Assembly (NCBI RefSeq): GCF_006345805.1
Contig: NW_021832094.1
Span: 1-38,647 of the forward strand
DNA: 38,647 nucleotides
Source of the DNA: Octopus sinensis
Lineage: Eukaryota
Direction: 5' to 3'
The position numbers and the translations under genes were made by a program. Under the pieces are notes generated by a model. It was given only the letters and a program-made list of their open reading frames with translations, was not told the DNA's origin and ran no database searches. Below, in pieces: positions 21,800 through 33,775 of the stretch. Numbering within the stretch: position 1 is the stretch's first letter; each line of letters opens with the position of its first letter.

Positions 21800-21829
21800 A
21801 TATATAATATATAAATATATATATATATA
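21526..21829. repeat. ~300-bp (TA)n
   Basis: Direct inspection. Confidence 0.97.
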
Positions 21830-22066
21830 GAGGCGCAATGGCCTAGTGGTTAGGGCAGCGGACCTCGCGGGGTCGCAGGATCGGGTTTCGATTCTCAGAC
21901 TGGGCGTTGTGTGTGTTTATTGAGCGAAACACCTAAAAGCTCTACGAGGCTCTGGCAGGGGGTGGTGATCCCTGCTGTACTCTTTCACCACAATGGCGGT
22001 GCCCCAGCATGGCCACAGCTCAAGAGCTGAAACTGGAAAAACAAACAAAACAAAACAAAAAAAAAC
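21830..22066 (+). mobile_element. SINE with family C head/body and family D-like tail
   Basis: Junction at ~21993: CTCTTTCACCACAA|TGGCGGTGCCCCAGCATGGCC. Confidence 0.75.
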
Positions 22067-22144
22067 ATATATTATATACATATATTATTTATTTATTTTT
22101 ATATATATATATATATATATTTATTTATTTATATATATCTCATT

Positions 22145-22175
<31 letters not shown>

Positions 22176-22878
22176 ATGAATCAAGACATAAATATTAGAG
22201 AGTGACCACTATGTGGTTCACTCTAGTGCTAAAAATAGCTCCGCTAATGGTACAGCCACTAAAAGTTGTTTCCAAGAAGAAATACCACTACATTTAACGT
22301 AAGGTAAGCGAAATATAAATATATATATATATATATAAATATATATGAATCAAGGTATACAGTATCTTAGATCCATTACAACCGATCATATCAATCGGTT
22401 CTGCAGTGGGTTTTAAAACCGGATGTCAGATAACAACACGATTCAGTAATACTGCTTGCTCCTCAGGGGTATGGAAAAATATATGCCGACTACACTATAC
22501 CGACTGCATTGAGAGATAATCAGCTGAAAATTAAATGAAATAATTTGGATGGCATTCATGTAGGACTGTGTTGTTGCAAAATAGAAATTAGAAGTACCAT
22601 TTTTGAATAGCAGGAGGATTATATTACAATATCTTCTCTTTAGATTTTTGAGTAGCACTATCAAATTAAATAGTCGAACAGTTACAACCATTTGTTATTT
22701 AAAGTACTCCAGGCGCTGGGGTACTTCATACAAACACGCAGAAAAGAACAGAAATAAATATAAAAAATACATTATTGGGGTCTAACATAAAATATTTACA
22801 AGAGGTTCCTAATATATGCTACACCATCATTTTACCCCTTTTGTTCCCACAGATTAGTGGGACAATATATATATATAC

Positions 22879-22933
<55 letters not shown>

Positions 22934-24071
22934 CGTGTATGTATGTATGTGTGTATGTATATATATATATATATATATAATATATAATATATATATATAT
23001 ATATATAGGCCTTTCTCTCTCCCTCGCTCTATCTATCTCTTTATCTTTTTCGCTTTTAACATCAGGTGTCTTCAATTGCATCTTTCTCAGTTGCCAGTGT
23101 TTCGTTTATTCCATTTCATCTTACTTCACACCAAAAGCATGCATTTGTTCTTGCGTGTAATTTCAAAGAAATATTCTTCAAATAACGCAAATAAATTTCA
23201 CTACGTGTATTTTGTATTTGTTTCTGTGTTCACCTGTTCATCTGAGAATAGGATATAGACGATACAATTCTTCAAATTGCTCGAAAGCATAGATCAAATG
23301 AACTGAAATTGAAGATTTTTCTCGGTGAAAACTTGAAAGCTATATTTAGTAATTTTCTTTATTTCTTTTTCCGCACAATGTTATTTAATTTTTACTCTAC
23401 AAAAACACATAAAGATAGAAAATATTGAAGATTATGTACTTTCTTCTCTTTTCACAAACTTCCCGTTGTATCAATCTCTTTTTGAGGAGAAACAAAATTA
23501 TTTTTACGCTATTTGTAATGCGGCTGTGAGCAAATTTGATTAAATCCAAAATTCCACGAAAGACAATATATATATATAAATAAAGAATGTTTAAGCGATA
23601 ATTTAAAATACTGCAAAATTCCTTATTTTTCTCATTTCCTTCCCAATACCCTGTGACTTAATGCGATATATTGCTTGAATTGTAAACTGAATATGTCCTT
23701 TAGGTAGAGAACGCATTTTCAGAACTAATACATACACATGTACAGACTTACATTCACATACACACGCACAAAATGTAAGACTAGTTCTCACAAATAGATG
23801 TAATTGTCAATTATCAAATCAAGAAGAAACAGTGTGCAATTGTACAGCTAGAATGGCAAAATGTTAAATTTTGTATTCAGTATTATTCCACATTTCGCTC
23901 ACAAACAACGGAAGTAGTACTCAACACAAATTATGGTTGGCGTTACATATATGTGTCCGAGGGACTCGTCACATATTTTTAACACACCCGCAAAACTTAA
24001 AGTAACATGAAGAGCTAAGTCAACCTGTTACTAAAGTGTTAAACACTTATAATATGGGAATTCGTAGCTCC

Positions 24072-24377
24072 GTGGAGGCACATGGCCTAGTGGTTAGAGC
24101 AGCGAACTCGCGGTCGAGGGATCGCGGGTTCGAATCTCAGACAGGGCGATGTGTGTGTTTATGAGTGAAACACTTAAGCTCCACGCGTCTCCGGCAGAAG
24201 GTAATGGCGAAACTTCTGCTGACTTTTTCACCACAACTTTCTTTCACTCTTTCCTCCTGCATCTTGCAGCCCACCTGCGACGGACCGGCGTCCCTCAAGG
24301 TGCGGAACCTATACGCCAAGAAACCGGGAAACTGGCCCTTATGAGCCAGGCATTGCTCGAGAAGGAACAAACAACAG
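24072..24377 (+). mobile_element. Family C variant SINE, full length
   Basis: 11-bp TSD TTCGTAGCTCC at 24061-24071 and 24378-24388; B-box GGGTTCGAATCTC; (ACA)n tail. Confidence 0.92.
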
Positions 24378-25154
24378 TTCGTAGCTCCAGTCCTGAGATT
24401 CTACAGGTCGTTGTGTATCTAAATGGACTGGTAGCTTGTTGTCAATGATTGGTCAGAACCCCATAAAGGTTGTAAATTGATCCAGGCTGCTCATCATTTT
24501 TTCCAGTTTACGGAGGAATAGATAAACTTGTTATATTACATAGGTTTACAAATATGTATGTGTGTATGTAAGTGTGTGCTTGTGAGCGTTTGTGTGTGTG
24601 TGTTTGTGATATACGTATAGCTTTCAAGTTATTCTTGTTTAGCGTCAGGTTCCGCTGTGGTATTATCAAAACCATTCCAGTTTTGACCACCCTGTTTATT
24701 ATCAAACATCTAAGATAGCAATCTCCTCCAATGTATCTCCTCTTTTGCAAACTACGAAGACAACCTGAAAGAGAATTACTGTTGCTTATAGCATGTCGAC
24801 CGTCCACATTGCGGATCCCTTGTTGACTCAATATATTTCCAGCTGTCTCAAAAACGAAATGTCCGGACTATAAAATTGATTAACAGAAAATATAAACTTT
24901 TACTCAGCAATCTTTATTTCAGAGATCCTGAATTCCAACAGATTAATACACGATCGTTCCTCTGTCAGCTTCAACAGATGATCCATTATATCAGTTCAAT
25001 TAACTGAACAACCAGTTGGTTAAATCTATACATAGTAATTTGACATGGGCGATTCTTTCTTATCTTGGGATTCGTGGTCAACCGGCTGGGTGAAATTGCG
25101 CGAAAAATTACACATATGTATAGAATTATCCGGTGGTGATGATGGGCTTTGTAT

Positions 25155-25379
25155 TTTTTCATAGCTCCCATGGTTACCGAGATTATCTACTATGATAATA
25201 CTCTTGTATTTATGAATGAGAAAGGAAGGTGTGTTAGATGAATAAGGAAGAAAGGGGTGATGTCATATTTTTCATAGCTCCCATGGTTACCGAGATAATC
25301 TACTATAATAATACTCCTGTGTTTATGAATAAGAAAGGAAGAGGTGATAGATGAATAAGGAAGGGGTGATGTCATATTT
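25155..25379. repeat. Tandem duplication, 2 x ~113 bp
   Basis: TTTTTCATAGCTCCCATGGTTACCGAGAT...GGGGTGATGTCATATTT occurs twice (register 25160/25273). Confidence 0.92.
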
Positions 25380-26039
25380 GGTGTCATATAGGTACGAGCA
25401 TAGTTTTTTTATGTGTATGAAAAGAGGGAAAGTGTTTGTATCAATGGAGTTCAATTAATAAATTGCAATCTCTCTCTCTCTTTTTCTCTCCCTCTCTTTC
25501 TTTCTCTCTTACCCTCTCTAATTATCTGCATATATTTCTGCACGCACTTTTCTGTGTATGCGTGTGTGTGTGTACACGCGGAGTAGTGCGCGGGCGTGCA
25601 TGTTACTTTCAGTGCCAAAAAGTACTGTCACACAAACTGATTCAATGTCCAGTCAGCCATGCCAAATCGCCTGCGTCAGTGCAGCTGAGTCCAATGGCTG
25701 ACTATTCCGAAGACATCGCTACCAACTTTATAGCAATTTTTAGGTCAAATCACCATAAGACAGCTCGTCCTTTGGGTTACATGCACAATTTATCAGACAA
25801 ACCTCTATATAATTCCTTTCTACCCAGCTTTTCTCACCATGTTTAGGTCAGCTTGTGTATTCAACACAAACTCATGTTTCGTAACTATTTGGTTTATTGT
25901 AGCCATCACCGCCAGGGTCATACTGGAGCATTGCCCTCAGGCGCCTATTTCTTTATTGATTGACATATGTGTTCTTCTAGACTGCATCAGGCAAGAATTG
26001 AAGAGAATACATAAATGAATTCTTTCTGATTTTGGCTTA

Positions 26040-26220
26040 ATGTCAACACGTTTTAGGGGAAAAAAGATTAGTCAATCACACCGACCCCGGTGCTCAGTTG
26101 GTACTTATTTTATCGACACAGAAAGGATGAAACGCAAAGTTCTACTCGGCTTAATTTGAGCTCAGAGCGTTAAAAATGCTTGGCGGCATTTAGTCCGACA
26201 TGTAACGATTGTGCCAGTTG
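26040..26220 (-). mobile_element. Old family A-related SINE
   Basis: GGTACTTATTTTATCGACACAGAAAGGATGAAACGCAAAG core on the minus strand. Confidence 0.7.
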
Positions 26221-26590
26221 TTGAGAATACCGAGTGGCATGATTGCTCCAATTTTTAGAAATTACAAGCACATTTCTATTAAATTGTATTCCACGTCTAA
26301 GAAAGGGAGACGATACCTATTATTTAATATAGTCCTAGACACCTTCTCTCTAAACGGATAAGATGGTTATGGTTTGAATTCGTTTGTTCATCGATCTGCT
26401 AGAAAAAGAAACCAAATCGCCCTCAAATTGCATTCCATCATGGATAAAAGGAACGAATTACATTGTATAAGTTAGTCCTAGTTACATTCTAAAAGGGAAA
26501 GGATGACCACGATTAATCATAGGCTTGCTCGATTAACGACATGCTAAAAATATGAGTCAAATACGTTTCAAATCACCTTCTACAATCTTA

Positions 26591-27005
26591 TTTCTTTACT
26601 ACCCACAAGGGGCTAAACACAGAGAGGACAAACAAGGGCAGACAAACGGATTAAGTCGATTATATCGACCCCAGTGCGTAACTGGTACTTATCTAATCGA
26701 CCCCGTAAGGATGAAAGGCAAAGTCGACCTCGGCGGAATTTGAACTCAGAACGTAGCGGCAGACGAAATACCTATTTCTTTACTACCCACAAGGGGCTAA
26801 ATACAGAGGGGAAAAACAAGGACAGACAAAGGAATTAAGTCGATTACATCGACCCCAGTGCGTAACTGGTACTTAGTTTATCGACCCCGAAAGGATGAAA
26901 GGCAAAGTCGACCTCGGCGGAATTTGAACTCAGAACGCAGCGACAGACGAAATACTACTAAGCATTTCGCCCGGCGTGCTAACGTTTCTGTCAGCTCGCC
27001 GCCTT
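26591..27005 (-). mobile_element. Family A SINE, head plus two 184-bp units
   Basis: TSD TCACCTTCTA(C/T)AATCTTA at 26573-26590 and 27006-27023; unit register 26587/26771. Confidence 0.92.
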
Positions 27006-28739
27006 TCACCTTCTATAATCTTACAAAATGGGAAGCACATATTTCCATTTTCTCCGCCCAATATTCCTGGAAGGGTCGTGGAAGGAGAGTCTTCAGTCTC
27101 CTCCACCATAGCGTTGTATCACTGGCGAGCACACACACACACATTAATACATGTAATCTTAAATGTTCTCCCGCAAATGAGGGCAAGATGGCTATGATTA
27201 GAATGCATAATATAATCAATGTTTGATCAAGGCTGATCTCAATCTAAATAACAACAATAACTAACATCTACAAAAATGCATAAAATTTCTATTATGTGTC
27301 ACAGAGAAGAATGTCACAACTAAGAATTTATTTAGTACAGTTGTACTGCTTCAGCTGGTGCAGTCTTTAATATGATTTATGATTTTACTTGTGATGGACA
27401 AATTCGAATATCGATATTATTTAATTTCTGTGTATCAGGAGGAGAGAATAAAGACATGAAAACTATTCGATTTTTAAACACGAATACAAACTCGCATGCT
27501 CAGTTATTGCTCTGACATGAAACTCGAGTCACGAGAAGAAGAAATTCACTGACTCAAAGTTTTGTAAAGGTTTTGTACCAATGCTTCACTAAGTGCATTT
27601 GAGTTACCACAGTTCTTCCGCGCCGTCCAAGAATTTGGACCTGGAAATCTCCATTTCCAGCGACTTCGAGGGCCACCTCCCAGTGGTGTCGGGCGTCAAC
27701 GAAGAATCCTCGACTACAGCAAGACGACCAAAGTTTTCTTTTTCCAAGGTCTAGGACCTCCCGCTCCTAAGCCCTAGACCATCACCTAATCACCCTTACC
27801 CGTCTAGTTGCTTAACAACAACAACAGTTCTTCGGTTGATATGCGCACCACACGCACACGCACAGAGGACATACGGGTTCTATTTTACTCGTTTGTAATG
27901 CTAAACTAATACATACATTCATTTATACATACACACCGAACACGCACACACGTGTGAAGAAAAATCTTAAAATTATTATTTAAAAAACATCTTTAGAAGT
28001 AACAGTATGACAGGAACTTTTTTTGAAGGAAGTTTATATGTACGTGAACAAGTATCTTCTACCAGCTGTATTTCCCGACCGATGGGTGCCTATGTACATT
28101 CATTTTTGTCAACTTAACTAATATCATGGAGGGAAGAACCTCGGCGAGTTTTGCATTACTTGCTCATCTCAACTCAAAATGGCGCTGAACCAACAACTGC
28201 ATCTTTTGTACAAGTGACGGCTGTTACTTGACATATCTCTACAAGTCAGCAATACTCTAACGCTAAACGAATGCATGTATGCCATTAGGTTTCATCATTC
28301 TGCGTGCATTTCGAACAAACCTGATTGATGGCAGTTCGGTGTCTATAAAGTTTATCGCTGCTCAGTTATACTTCCGGTAGCACTCCCAGGTGAGGGATTT
28401 CAGCAAAATATCCATCGATCCCGAAGTATTACGGAACAGGCCAAGTATTTGATTCTTGTTAATACTTACAGTTTCCTTGAGAACACCGGTTCTCTTTCCC
28501 TCATGCTATTTCTTTATAAAAATCTGTAAAAGTTCCACCGACCACATAGTTCTATTGACAGTGGCTTATGGAGCACCTGTCGACTTTCCAAATGCCTCAC
28601 TGAATCAAGGGCATTTCAAAGCAATTGTTTGACCCAGTATTGCAGGTCCGTCAATGAAACAAGTTGGAGAATGGCTTGCTTGCCCAGTTATTTAAACAAT
28701 AATTGTTCCTACATGAGCATAAAGAAAACGATATTTAAG

Positions 28740-28850
28740 ACGAGGTTAATCTATTACATCAACCCCAGTACTTGACTAGTGCTTTATTTATTTCATTAAA
28801 CCCAGACCCAGAGAGATGAAAGGCAAAGTTGACCAAAACCAGGATCGAAA
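28740..28850 (-). mobile_element. Family A-related SINE core fragment
   Basis: CATCAACCCCAGTACTTGAC...GATGAAAGGCAAAGTTGACC. Confidence 0.6.
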
Positions 28851-28860
28851 GTACCTCCCA

Positions 28861-29200
28861 ATCGAAGTACCACTCCCAAAAGAATTATAATGTATCTATG
28901 AAAGAAATGGAGAAATTCTCCAAATATAAAAATCTGGAAATAGAGATAACCAGAATGTGGCGTTTTAAATAGAAACACTTCCCATAGGAGCGCCTATGGG
29001 GATTGCTCCCGCTTTGAGGAATGATTTAATAACAAAGAAATATCACTATTAGGAACAGAACACGTATTACGTAGATTTCTCTCTATACAATAGATAAGCA
29101 CAAAAATAAAACACAGTACATATATACACAAGGCGCGCACACACACAGAGCTGCGCTTAGTTGTACAGGAAAGCACGGAATAAAAATAAGACTACAGAAC
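28861..29200 (+). mobile_element. 3' end of an R4/Dong-like LINE (restriction-like endonuclease tail plus 3' UTR), decayed
   Basis: IEVPLPKE/YNVSMKEMEKFSKYKNLEIEITRMWRFK*...KEISLLGTEHVLRRFLSIQ* (stop 29091-29093) matches the RLE motif K..KY..L..EI.RMW and the terminal LGTAH.LR..L motif. Confidence 0.82.
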
Positions 29201-29547
29201 AGTAAATGATAATATCTTCTGTGTTTTTTCTCCTTCTGTCTTTCTAAAGCGATGTTGTATTTTCCATAACAACATCAGTAGCTTTCCTCAAGACGTTACA
29301 TCAGATTTGAGAGAAATTCTTCAGTCTCCATGAGATCGATGTAATTTCAAATTAAGGCGTGGCAATATTATTATTATTGGTAAAATCTGTCACCATAGTA
29401 ACAGCTTGTCTATATACATTTATTTTTTCATTTCTTTCTCGCTTTAAAATAATTACACAAACACATACACACAAATACTCGCTCGCGCGAAAGCAAATGG
29501 ATATGTTTGTACATATTTACATATAAACGATTTGTGCATATGTGTAT

Positions 29548-29549
29548 GA

Positions 29550-29597
<48 letters not shown>

Positions 29598-29602
29598 TAA
29601 TA

Positions 29603-29637
<35 letters not shown>

Positions 29638-29682
29638 TATTATTATTATTTATTATTATTATTATATTATTATTATTATTGT
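29548..29682. repeat. (GT)n-(ATT)n
   Basis: Direct inspection. Confidence 0.95.
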
Positions 29683-29685
29683 CAA

Positions 29686-30066
29686 GGCGGTGAGCTGACA
29701 GAATCGTTAGCATGCCGGGTGAAATGTTTAGAGGCATTTTCTCCGTCTTCGTGTTCTGAGTTCAATTTCCGCCGAAGTCGACTTTGCTTTTCATCTTATC
29801 GGGGTCGATAGATTAAGTACCATTTACGCACTAGGGTCGATATAATAGACAACCGCTTCCCCCAAATTTCAGACTTTGTGCCTTTAGTAGAAAGGATTAT
29901 TATTGTTAGTCCGTTCTTGCGTTCTGAGTTCAATATCTGCCGAAGTCGACCTTGCCTTTCATCCTTTCGAGGTCGATAAATTAAGTACCATTAAAATACT
30001 GGGTTCAATGTAAACAATGTATCACCTCCCTAAAATTTCAAGCCATGTGCCTTTAATAGAAATGAT
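29686..30066 (+). mobile_element. Older family A-related SINE followed by a head-less second unit, ending in (ATT)n
   Basis: Second unit starts ~29910 at TCCGTTCTTGCGTTCTGAGTTC; both units end TAG(T/A)AGAAA(G/T)GATTATT. Confidence 0.8.
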
Positions 30067-30074
30067 TATTATTA

Positions 30075-30133
<59 letters not shown>

Positions 30134-30396
30134 TATTATTATTAGAAAATTCTAGAAGTATCAACAATCAAATTTTATGAATACAATGTAACGACAGAAG
30201 TATTTTGAACTTTATATTAGTCAGGTAGTAAGATAAATACAGTTAATTAAGATGTATCTGTGTGTGAGTGTGTGTGTATGTGTGTGTGTCTATGGGGGTG
30301 GTGGTGCGAAATGCGTGCATGCGTTCACGCGTGTGTGCGTGTGAAGTGAAGTGTTTGTTTTGCTTTTCAGGAAGGGTATATAAACAGAAGAGGTTC

Positions 30397-30523
30397 ATGT
30401 ATGTATGTATGTATGTATATATGTATGTTTATTTGTATGTATGTATGTATGTATGTATGTATGTATGTATGTATGTATGTATGTATGTATGCATGTTTGT
30501 TTGTTTGTATGTATGTTTGTTTG

Positions 30524-30605
<82 letters not shown>

Positions 30606-30630
30606 GTATGTATATATATATGTATGTTAT
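30397..30630. repeat. (ATGT)n-(TA)n
   Basis: Direct inspection. Confidence 0.95.
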
Positions 30631-30678
30631 AATTTACTGCTATTATGGTGGCGCCTGTTCTAATATCTACATAAAAAC

Positions 30679-31023
30679 TGGCACTCCGTCGGTCATGACG
30701 ACGGGAGTTCCAGCTGATCCAATCAACGGAGCAGCCCGCTCGTGAAATTAAAGTGCATGTAGCTGAGCATTTCATGAGACTAAGCACTACATGCGACGGT
30801 GACACGTGTGTCCTTAACATAGTTCTCTGGGAGATTCAGCGTGACACAGAGTGTGACAAGCCCAGCCCTTTGAAATACAGGCACTGCTCATTTTTGCCAG
30901 CTGCATGGACTAGTGCAACGTGAAATAAATTGTTTTGCTCAGGAACACATTGCCCTGCCGGGAATTGAACTCACGACCTTCCGATCGTGAGTCGAACACT
31001 CTAACCACTAAGCCACGCACCTT
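30679..31023 (-). mobile_element. Family E tRNA-derived SINE, full length
   Basis: Head GGTGCGTGGCTTAGTGGTTAGAGTGTTCGACTCACGATCGGAAGGTCGTGAGTTCAATTCCC, a tRNA-like region with A/B boxes. Confidence 0.88.
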
Positions 31024-31454
31024 AACGATATGTACATAATACGTACTTAATCTACGAAGAAGCCTCTGTATGGTCACAAATGTCTCTGCAAATTGCAGCC
31101 AATTCTCTCCATAATCTTACCCTACTGCCTTACAAAAAGAAGGCACATTTGGTAATGCAGTTGTTTTAAATGCATTGTGTCTTAAGTAAAGACAATCCTC
31201 TTGGCTGAGGCCATATAAATCTAGGCGGAAGCTTTGAAAAGAATGCTCCAGCCGATAGATATACTAACCAAGTCTCCCTCAAATCACAACTATACAATCT
31301 TCAGAAGGCAAGAACACATTGGCTGATGTGGCCCACGAGATGTGATGTCTGAATGAAAGAGAGAATAGTCACAGTGAAAATACTTTCTATTATAGGATTT
31401 CTGGAGCAAGGCAGACCTGAGGCCAAGCAACAACTCTTTCTGCAAAAGATACAA

Positions 31455-31635
31455 GGCCTGAAATTTGGTGGGATAGGGCTAGTCGATTACATTGACTCCA
31501 GTATCTTTCTGGTACTTAACGACTTGAAACGAATGGCAAAGTCGATCTCGATGGAATTTGAACTCAGAGAGTAAAACCGAAGAAAATGCCGCTAAGCATT
31601 TTGTCATGCGTGTTAACGATTCACCCAGCTTACCT
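31455..31635 (-). mobile_element. Old family A-related SINE
   Basis: GTCGATTACATTGACTCCAG...GGCAAAGTCGATCTCGATGGAATTTGAACTCAG...GCTAAGCATTT. Confidence 0.7.
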
Positions 31636-32596
31636 CTAAGGTTAAACAAAATAATACTATAGGCACAAAGTGATGGTTCTGAGGAGTGCGTTTTTACTTC
31701 TTGCCAACTAAAAATCGAATCCAGTTGAATTTATAATTAGTTATTTCTCGAGTACAATGTACTGTGTTAAGCACTATTGGATATAGTCGTTTTAATTAAC
31801 TTGTAACACAAATACCACAGTTGCGGGTGTCAAAATCGATAAAGCACTCAGAAAAGCGCTTTGCATTATTTAATTACATCACTGTATGCTCTGCGTTCAA
31901 ATCCCGGCGGGAGCTGATTTTGCCTTTCATTTTATCGGGGTCGATAAAATAATTACTTGTCAAGTAGTGAGATGGATTAAATCAGACTACTTTATACCTT
32001 CCTCCCTCTTTCACGAAACGATTCACTTCTTGTATGTTCTGAGTTAAAATTGTGTTAGGATTGACTGCTTTTAACTGTGACTATTCTCTGCCTTTCGACC
32101 TTCCAGTGTAGAAAGATACATCAAACACCAGTTAAAACATTGATGCCTATTTGAATGACATTGCTCATCAACAAAATGCTTGGTCTTGAGCAAGTGTTAT
32201 AACGCAATATTTTACTGGTTTTCATATTCAATAAAAATGCGGACAATCAATAAAGCAGGAACTGAACTCTTTCATATTTTCTGCTGATTAGGCCATGTGT
32301 AACCCAATTACTAATTAATTACACCATTTGCACTCCACGCATTTTCCCTTTCTCTTTTCTACGTTACGCTTCAGGCACTGTCCCTCTCCTTTCTCTTATC
32401 TTCGCTCCGCTTTACTTTCGACCCGAATGCCATGTGAAAGGATGTGAAAATTGTCATTTACGTAGCTTCCTTAAAAATTAGTGATAAAATAAAAGAATAA
32501 TTAATGAGTCTTCGAACCAGAATCGAACCCCTCTTAGTAGCTATTCCATTTCAACACTTAACAACGTTAATGCCCTTGTGGTATAGCTCAATAAAA

Positions 32597-33199
32597 GGCG
32601 GCGAGCTGGCAGAAACGTTAGCACGCTGGGCGAAATGCGTAGCCGTATTTCGCCTGCCGTTACGTTCTGAGTTCAAATTCAGCCGAGGTCGACTTTACCT
32701 TTCATCCTTCCGGGGTCGATAAATTAAGTACCAGTTACGCACTGGGGTCGATGTAATCGACTTAATCCCTTTGTCTATCCTTGTTTGTCCCTTGTATGGT
32801 TTGCCCCTTGTTGGTAATAAAGAAATAGGTATTTCGTCTGCCTCTACGTTCTGAGTTCAAATTCCGCCGAGGTCGACTTTGCCTTTCATCTTTTCGGGGT
32901 CGATAAATTAAGTACCAGTTACGCACTGGGGTCGATATAATCGAATTAATCCCTTTGTTTGTCCTTGTTTGTCCTCTCTGTGTTTAGTCCCTTGTGGGTA
33001 GTAAAGAAATAGGTATTTCGTCTGCCGCTACGTTCTGAGTTCAAATTCCGCCGAGGTCGATTTTGCCTTTCATTCTTTCGGGGTCGATTAAATAAGTACC
33101 AGTTACGCACTGGGGTCGATATAATCGACTTAATCCATTTGTCTGTCCTTGTTTACCCCTCTCTTGGTTTAGCCCCTTGTGGGCAGTAAAGAAATAGGA
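32597..33199 (+). mobile_element. Family A SINE, head plus three 184-bp units
   Basis: 14-bp TSD ATAGCTCAATAAAA at 32583-32596 and 33200-33213; GTATTTCG unit starts at 32645, 32829 and 33013. Confidence 0.95.
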
Positions 33200-33359
33200 A
33201 TAGCTCAATAAAAAAATGTCACTGTTATCTTTCATCCCGCTTCTCTGACAACATTGAATCCGAAACTTTTTGTCTGTTTTGCATTACATATCACAACTTA
33301 TTCACAAGAGATAAGAATCAAACGCTAGAATACCATTATTTGATCTATTACACACACAC

Positions 33360-33397
<38 letters not shown>

Positions 33398-33775
33398 ACA
33401 CACACACACACCACAGAGAAAGGATCTGTGTTTACTAAGAGCTAATGAAGATGCTTCCAGTAGGTCATTCAATTAGCTAAGAGTACATCCAAATCTACTT
33501 AAAATCACAACTTTCTGTCTTAACAAAAGACACATTCGATAATGGTAATCCTAGACATTATACGTTTGAATAAAAGACGTGATATCCATTGCTGAAATCA
33601 TAGTCACGACGTGATAGTCACGTCTTTTCAGCCTAAGTCTCCTGAAACAAACAACAGCATTATCTGTATTTTGTACTTTTTCAGTGAAATATTCTCCGCA
33701 ATCCACCACCATTAGTACCGACGTAACAATTATAACCCACATTCTAATGCTGATCTATGGATAGTGTGGGTATAA

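Noticed and set aside
28455-28520. Minus-strand mini-exon ATG AGG GAA...AAA CT|GTAAGT
   Set aside because: A good donor, but it cannot be joined in frame to the 27613-27748 candidate, and equally good splice-like signals exist on the other strand
5163-33199. CRISPR-like or tRNA-gene interpretation of the repeated units and tRNA-like heads
   Set aside because: Eukaryotic context, no spacers; the heads lack full cloverleafs and continue into SINE bodies
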